Assembly (NCBI RefSeq): GCF_006345805.1
Contig: NC_043003.1
Coordinates: 27,404,001-27,468,000, forward strand
Direction: 5' to 3'
DNA from: Octopus sinensis
Taxonomy: Eukaryota
DNA: 64,000 nt
The notes below the pieces were generated by a model. It did no database searches, had not been told where the DNA came from, and saw only the letters and a program-made list of their open reading frames with translations. The position numbers and the translations under genes are program-made. Shown here in pieces: positions 57,301 to 64,000 of this stretch. Within the stretch, counting starts at the first letter, position 1; each line of letters starts with the position of its first letter.

Positions 57301-60300
57301 GGTAAACTTTAGCATTCATTTTTTGCAAGGTCAATAAAGAACCAGTCACAGCATCATTCAGATGTTACTAATACTATAATAGTAATAAAATAGAAAAGAA
57401 TGAGAGGAATTTAAGGAATTTCCAGTTCAAATATTACTGAGTCAATTCTGAAGATGTAGAGTTTAAACAGAATCCAGTGAGTTCACCATAAAAACCAAGT
57501 ACAAATGCTATAATCTTTCAGAAGGCAGAGATTAAATAGCTTCAACAAAATATACAGCTTAAAAAAAAAAGAAAAAAAAGCTATGCAGTATTTACTTAAT
57601 GAATTTTTCAGCAGCAAATATTTACAAAATCTAGCTCTTACCTGATTACGAGAGTAAGTGTCATCAGTGATATAAACAAATTCTCCAAGATCCGGTGCCT
57701 CAATTTCTTCAAATTTCCTAAATGTGAATCCAAAATAGTTCTGCATCACTGACAAAATTTATAGACTTTGTCCATCCAATAAGATGGTTATTAGCTAAGA
57801 CATGAACATTTAAAAACATAGAAGAAAGGAAATAAAACTTCATGTGTTTCCATAAAGAATTAATGAGTGTAGCAATAGGTAACCATCCAAGTATTTCATT
57901 TGTCAATTTACAGCAAAAAAATTAAGTCAGTTTGCACATACACACAAAAACCTTAAATTTAATAAAATAACTGGCTGATGTTTTGAAAAAAAAATTTCAC
58001 ATGAAGTGATTTAAATTAAAATCTGCCATCAAAATTTCATGTTAATTTACATTCCAAACAACTTAATGACAAATTTATTTTACAAAATTTTTCATTTTCA
58101 AAATTAACTGAACCAAAAGCAATGTTTGTCTACAAAAATATGGCTATAAAAGAGTTAAAGCAGGAAGTTTGTACTATAGTACCAAGGTTGGTCTTGAGTG
58201 GGTTGCTTTTAAAAGGGTTGAAATATTTCCCTATGAGGAGGCAACTTGTATATAATTGCTCAAGTTACTAAAAATTCTAACTAAACCTCACTCAAATCAC
58301 AACCTATTGTATCATGTATCACAAATAAGAGACTTGATAATGTAGTGCAAGATATAGACAAGATTGTTATGACTGGAATGTCCTTGACCACAAGTCTGCA
58401 TCTAGGGTCAAAGGGAATGATTTTTACATTTAATGCCCACTTTTCCATGCCTGTAAGGGTCAGACGGAATTTGTTGAAACAGATTTTCTACAGCCAGATA
58501 CCCTTGTCGCCAACCATCTCCTGACTCCAAGTAATATTGCTTCATAGCCAGACATGATTTCCATGGAAAACTTGAAAATCATTGCTTGTATGATTGAAGC
58601 TTGTTTACAGCCATTACACAAGACAAGGGTACATACACACAGGGCTTCTTTCAGTTTCTGTCTACCAACTCCACTAGTCCAAAGTGCTGTACAAGAGGAT
58701 AGTACCAGAGACCACATGTTCAGGAAGCAAGCACACAGCCAAACCTACACCTATAACTAGACAATTCAGATTACTGAGATCTTATGAAAAATTCTAAGGA
58801 AGATGGAAAAAGTGTCACTCATGAAGATATTTAACCCCCTCGTTACCAACCTGGCTGAAACCAGCTCTGGCATCGAGTACAAATGTCTTGTTTCCATAAG
58901 TTTTGAATTAAAATCTTCCACCAAACCTTAGTCACAATTTGTTTCTAACACTAGCTTAATGATAACTAAATTATTTTACTAAATTCTTTGTTATAAAGTA
59001 ATTGAAAGAAACACAGAGCATCTCAAAATACAGTAACGAAAGGGTTAAATGTTAAGCTGTTCTTGAATAGAAATGGAAGAACTTACGATGCAATGAACAT
59101 ACATGCGGTCCCCAACAACTGCAGTTTTCCTCGATTGACAGCCATCACAGAGAGAAATCGGTCAATATAATTCACAGCCAGAAATAATGTGTCAGAGAGC
59201 AATTTGTATTCTTCAGTCACTTCAACCAACCAGTCCACAAGAATGCTACGCATACTGTGAGTAATATCTGTCTGTTTGTTCATATATGTTGGTCTGGGAC
59301 GGTTTTTCTCCTGTAAAGATAATATCACATTGAAAGAATAAGCAATTTTTACAACTGACCTGAGAAAGCTAACAAGTTTAACATTTTAAGATTTTACTAT
59401 TCAGTCATGTCCTGTGAAAATCACACTTCCATGTAACCCTTTTGATACCAACTCATCCAAGATTGTCTCTAGTTCTATGATACAAACTTGTTTCAAAGTG
59501 TTCTAAATTAAAACCAATCAAAATTTTGGGTATGTTTCAAACATCAGCTTAATACTTAATCCTTTCTTACTTTGGCATAAGGTCAATAATCTTGATGGGT
59601 GGAGAAGTGTGAAATTGACCTTGGCAGCTTCTGAACTCAGAACAAAGATGGACAAAATACCATTAAACATTTTATCTAATGCTCTCTCAATTCTGCTAGT
59701 TTGTCACTTTAGTTATTTTATTACATTCATTTTCAAAATTAATTGAAACAGTATCTCAACAGAAATATAACAGCAAAAAGGGTTAATGTTACTGTCTTTT
59801 ACAGGTGCCAGTTCCTACTCCACCAACTTGAACACTAGGCACTAATAAATTACCTCTTAACAACACAATCACTTCTGGATAAACTACATTTGGAATGGGA
59901 AATGGTTGACAAAATTCCAACCACCAACTTATATATCACGACATACTACTGAAAGAGAGATGAACCTTAATCTTAAATCAGCTCTAGTTGTTTATATTCC
60001 TCAATTCTTTCAGCATATGTTTATCACTCTTCCTAAGCACCATAACCAACAAGTCGCATCGCTTTCATCCCTATCCTGTCTACCGAATCATTACTATTCT
60101 GCAGTTCTTCACCACCTTATCACCAGTTATTCCCCCACCACATATCCATCCCTCAATCCTATCCAACTTTTACAGTTGTCACCTACTTTTCCCCATCTTG
60201 CCTACTTATCCCTCAAAGCTTGTTCATTATATTCACTCTTCACAACATTCTTGCAACCTCTATTCACCCACATTCTGTTCTGTTGCTGCTCACTTTTACT

Positions 60301-63300
60301 CACCTCATACCTTGAGGGTTACACCCTGATGTATTACCACTATTTTTTATCGCATTCCAGATCCACCCTAATTACTCCCAACCTTTTTTCACATATGTGA
60401 GCAGTCATTGTAGTTCTACATTATGAAATTTATTCTGCCTCCTCCTCTCATAATTTAACTCATCTCTTAGGATTCATAATCTTGCAAGCTACATGGCAAT
60501 CTCCCTGGTGCCATGAAAAGCACTAGTACATGCTGTAAAGTGGTTGGGGTTAAGGACATCCAGATGTAGAAACCATGCCAAAGTAGACAGTGGAGCTTGA
60601 TGCAGTCCTTGAACCTATTGTATCCTGTTAAACCATCCAATCCAAGCCAAGCCAGTATGGGGACAAGGCCATTAAATGAAATACAGTGATGACTTCACTG
60701 AAGATGAAGTGAGATACTCCTGACTACCACCATATATCCCACTTCAAAATTCCACATTCAAATAAAACCACAGGTAAAGATAACAATACAATGAATATGA
60801 ACCAACCTCAGACTCTCGAATGTACTGGAAAATGTCATTTTTATATGTATCATAGGGTGAAAGAGAATGTATAACTTCTTTAGTTTCACAGATACTTGAT
60901 TGATCTAGGCTTGTATCAAGAACCATGGGAGACTCGAAATCTGCAAGAGGAAAAAGAAAAAACAAATGCAAAGTTAAATTCTTTTTGCTTTATGTGTATT
61001 AAGTACATGCATATGTATACACACAAAAAGTCTTAAAAAAGGTCTAACAAGTTTCATCTAGTTTCCAGCCCAGAAACTTATGAAATGCAGAGCTAAGTAG
61101 TCATCCTTACAGTGTACCATCATTTAGAATTATAAGCCCCTTCCAGAATTCAATTCTAACTTACCCACTCCATAAGTTTGCTCGAGACGTTCAAAGGGTT
61201 GTTTTGGTAGTGCAGTGACTGCAGCATGCATCTCGAGCTTGCTCTCAACAGCCAAATCCTCCTTAGAGAAGGACATATCTTCAGCAGATTCCGAGTTCTC
61301 TTCATTGTCCACGTGTATTTTGAAGCCTGACTTGCGAGGTATGTGATCATAGTCGGTAACTTTGTACTTCTGTTGAAAATCGTTTTCATCTTGTCCAGAA
61401 ACAGACCCAAGCTAGAAATGTAAAAAGTAATATGTAATATATCAGAGATGAAAAAAAAAAATGGCAATATTAAATTACCCCCAATTAATCTAACGATGCT
61501 ATGCACAAAAAAACTTCTGCATCACTAAATTATTGCTGTGAGGGGAGCTTCTGCAAGGTCGCTATACTTGCTAGAAATGGATGCCAAAAGTTCCTCAAAT
61601 TAAACTATCGTCTTAAAAATAGAAGGAATAGCACACGATTAGAATGTCTAGTCCGTGATCTACTGATCGATCAAGGTTAATCGTCAGCGTAGTTGAAACG
61701 TCTACAAACAAATTAGCTTTATTACAGCAGGGTAGAAATGTCAAACCGAACCAACGACCTTGTTTCAATTCCTTGAGGTTTAAAAACCAGAGGAGACAAA
61801 AACTAGTCATCTCAAACCCGCAACTCAACAGCTTAAGCCCATATCGCTAAAAACGTTTCACCCATACCTCGGGAGTAAGTAGGTGTTTAAATAAACACCA
61901 ATTACATATATTCGAATAGAACGGATCACAAATATCGCATCCATATACAAAAGAGTCTCAAGGGCCAAGAAGAATATTTGGCGCCGGCACAAAAAAAGCC
62001 CCCCCAAAAAAAACTATCGCCTAAATTGTAACGCAAAACGATAGGGAACAAAAGTGTAATGCTTTAAGGGAAAAAAGGGATTCGGAGGAAAGCTGCTTTG
62101 TTAATTAGTCCGGGAAGAGGGTGCCTGCAATTTAAACCACGGATACAAAAAACGAAAAAGTTGAATGAAATGAAAAATGCAATGGTGGAGGAGTTATCTG
62201 TCAAATACGGCGAAGTGGTTGTTTAATGAATAAAAGTAGTTTGTGGTGGTGGTGATGGGGAAGGCACTTGAGAGCTTTCTTTTTCTTTAGTAACAGCTGT
62301 GCGACGGTGAAGAAAGATGTGGCGGCCAACAAGCTCCACCGCCACAGCAGAAAACGAGAAAAAAAAAAACGCTAAAGTGTTACACATCAGCTGAATACGT
62401 TTACCTATTTTATATAAGTTTCAAGGATACACAGGTAAATCGATGTTATATGGAAAAAGAGGAAATTAAATAAGACGGTTTATAATTCAAAGACATTAAT
62501 GACGTAAATGAAATCGAAACCGGGCCGCGAATTTTACTTCGCGAGTGGAGACAGAGTTATTCAAATTTCTTCTTCATGAATTTGATACTCAAGGAGAGTT
62601 TTTTTTTTCCTCCTTTTTGAAAGCATTTTCTTCCCTAAAGTTTGTATGCGTTTGGCGGTTTTCATTAGGAAAATGTACGTTCTATATTCCTGGCAACCCA
62701 CATTATATATCACGTTGGTAATGACTATGAATTTTTAATGTATGCATATGAACATTGCAGAAAAGTTCTTTAATCTCTACCTTAATATACATACCATTTT
62801 AATCTTTTTCAATTTATGTAAGTGCTCACCTGAAACGCTTTACATTTATATTGTGATTAGGCTTAGCACCACAATGTTTCGAACAGATGAAAGTACCCCA
62901 TCACCACTTTTTCACACTTCATCGGCGTAAAAATAAAATTTAAAAAACCTAGAATACTGCTCCCGACCAAAGACCTTTTGAGCATTGCTACCGACATATT
63001 TTGGTAAAGTTTTAGAACACTATGAAAAAACAAAAGCAAACAATGGTCTCGATTACTAAATTTATAAATCTTAGGAGCAACGAAAGCAGAGGAGCTGCTA
63101 CATACAAAAAGTCATACATACCTTTGCATTTCTCAACGGGCGCTTTCGTTGTTGGGTTACCGGTACATTTCTGTCCAAAAATACCTTCAGATCGCTGCCG
63201 ACAGAACGGCCGAGTTCACCGAGGACTTCTCGTTTCTTTTGGTTTCGACCGAAACGAGACACTGCATCGTTTTCAGTTGGGACCCGGTTTTCATCATTGA

Positions 63301-63373
63301 TTAATGCATTCTCCTTAAGTATTCTGGCAGGTTGTGCAAGTAGTCGGTTAGTACCATTGTTTTGAAGCGACAT
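51265..63373 (-). CDS. CCNA: Cyclin A (G1/S and G2/M), nine exons, 436 aa
   Basis: Joined 1311 bp with continuous frame. D-box-like REVLGEL; cyclin box [50 protein letters not shown]; C-terminal TGY and HAQQAI. GT-AG introns. A1/A2 labels apply to vertebrate paralogues and are not assigned here. Confidence 0.96.
53385..53518 (-). CDS. CCNA: Cyclin A exon 8 ([10 protein letters not shown]...YSSDK)
   Basis: ttctag / gtaagt, 134 bp. Confidence 0.92.
54682..54798 (-). CDS. CCNA: Cyclin A exon 7 ([14 protein letters not shown]...EVSW)
   Basis: ttccag / gtaggt, 117 bp. Confidence 0.94.
55365..55496 (-). CDS. CCNA: Cyclin A exon 6 ([12 protein letters not shown]...YLAR)
   Basis: caacag / gtaagt, 132 bp. 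Confidence 0.94.
56681..57190 (-). mobile_element. Young RTE-type LINE 3' end with (GAT)n tail
   Basis: On - it begins with a [11 protein letters not shown]-like ORF end, contains tandem GGTGCTTTTTATGTGCC units and ends in a (TGA)n tail; CpGs are retained. Older copies near 119, 10680, 19850, 24225, 39790, 53826, 58430 and 60480. Confidence 0.75.
57642..57717 (-). CDS. CCNA: Cyclin A exon 5 ([25 protein letters not shown])
   Basis: atttag / gtaaga, 76 bp. Confidence 0.95.
58831..59048. mobile_element. piggyBac-like MITE (family B), 38 bp from the cyclin A exon 4 donor
   Basis: TTAA-CCCCCTCGTTAC ... GTAACGAAAGGG-TTAA. Confidence 0.8.
59087..59310 (-). CDS. CCNA: Cyclin A exon 4 ([10 protein letters not shown]...CMFIA)
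   Basis: ttacag / gtaagt, 224 bp. Confidence 0.96.
60807..60940 (-). CDS. CCNA: Cyclin A exon 3 (FESPMVLD...IRESE)
   Basis: ttgcag / gttggt, 134 bp; SPM motif. Confidence 0.92.
61165..61411 (-). CDS. CCNA: Cyclin A exon 2 ([10 protein letters not shown]...QTYGV)
   Basis: tttctag / gtaagt, 247 bp; GFKIHVD resembles the FxIHVD motif of cyclin A N-termini. Confidence 0.9.
63185..63373 (-). CDS. CCNA: Cyclin A exon 1 (MSLQNNG...SDLK)
   Basis: ATG at 63373, donor aag/gtattt, phase 0 matching exon 2, D-box-like REVLGEL. Confidence 0.82.
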
Positions 63374-64000
63374 TGTTGCTGTCTCTTGGTAATTTCTCTG
63401 TTCGTGGCTAGTGATATCCAGCTACCCACTGATATAATGTAGATATGTTATATTTATAATGCTTGTAGATTATCTTCCTTTCCTTTTGTGTTGGTAATGT
63501 TAATAGTGTATGTGTATATGAGGGGTTGGATTTTTTAAGCTTGTTATCACTCAGAAATAATACCAATATATCTTTATAACTTTAAATTAAGCGATGTTTT
63601 GGAAACAATAACAAACACAGAAAGTGAAGAAATCGTTAGGAAAGAAAAAGAAAAAGAATAAGCGAACGCCCACGATGTAGCTAAATAGAAGGAAGAAAAG
63701 AAAGCAAAATAACCAATATTAATAAAATACTTCCTTCCTTTTATACTTTGACGATGATATGAGAATATATATGCATATATACATGAATAAGCATTTCGTG
63801 ATTTGGGGACAACTGAAGAAAGAAAAAATAAATAGCAGATACGGTTAAAGGGTAGAAAATTATATTGTTTAGCCGGACAATGAAACGTTTTAAACTGAGA
63901 AAAAAAACAGAAAAGAGAATTTCTGCGTAAATATAATATCTGGTGTTAAATATGTCCGTTGTTTTCGCTGATATAATCAGGAATTAAAAAAAAAAGAAAT

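Overview
AT-rich, intron-rich animal genomic DNA. The repeat families suggest an octopus or other coleoid cephalopod (inference, not verified). There are two convergent protein-coding genes. PRMT1 lies on + with nine traced coding exons (21186-38397, 341 aa); its first exon or start codon was not located. Cyclin A lies on - and is complete, with nine exons (63373-51265, 436 aa). All traced introns are GT-AG and phase-consistent. The rest of the window is mobile DNA: decayed mariner, hAT, RTE and CR1 fragments, a probable solo LTR, TTAA-flanked MITEs, tRNA-like SINEs and microsatellites. Best leads: (1) a 1.5 kb foldback Mutator-like element with a perfect 9-bp target-site duplication upstream of PRMT1; (2) an in-phase candidate alternative last exon of cyclin A; (3) a fully open alternative frame in cyclin A exon 2 that matches a candidate intron-1 exon; (4) several long hairpins. 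No prokaryotic, CRISPR, rRNA or tRNA features were found. All coordinates were read by eye; repeat boundaries are approximate.
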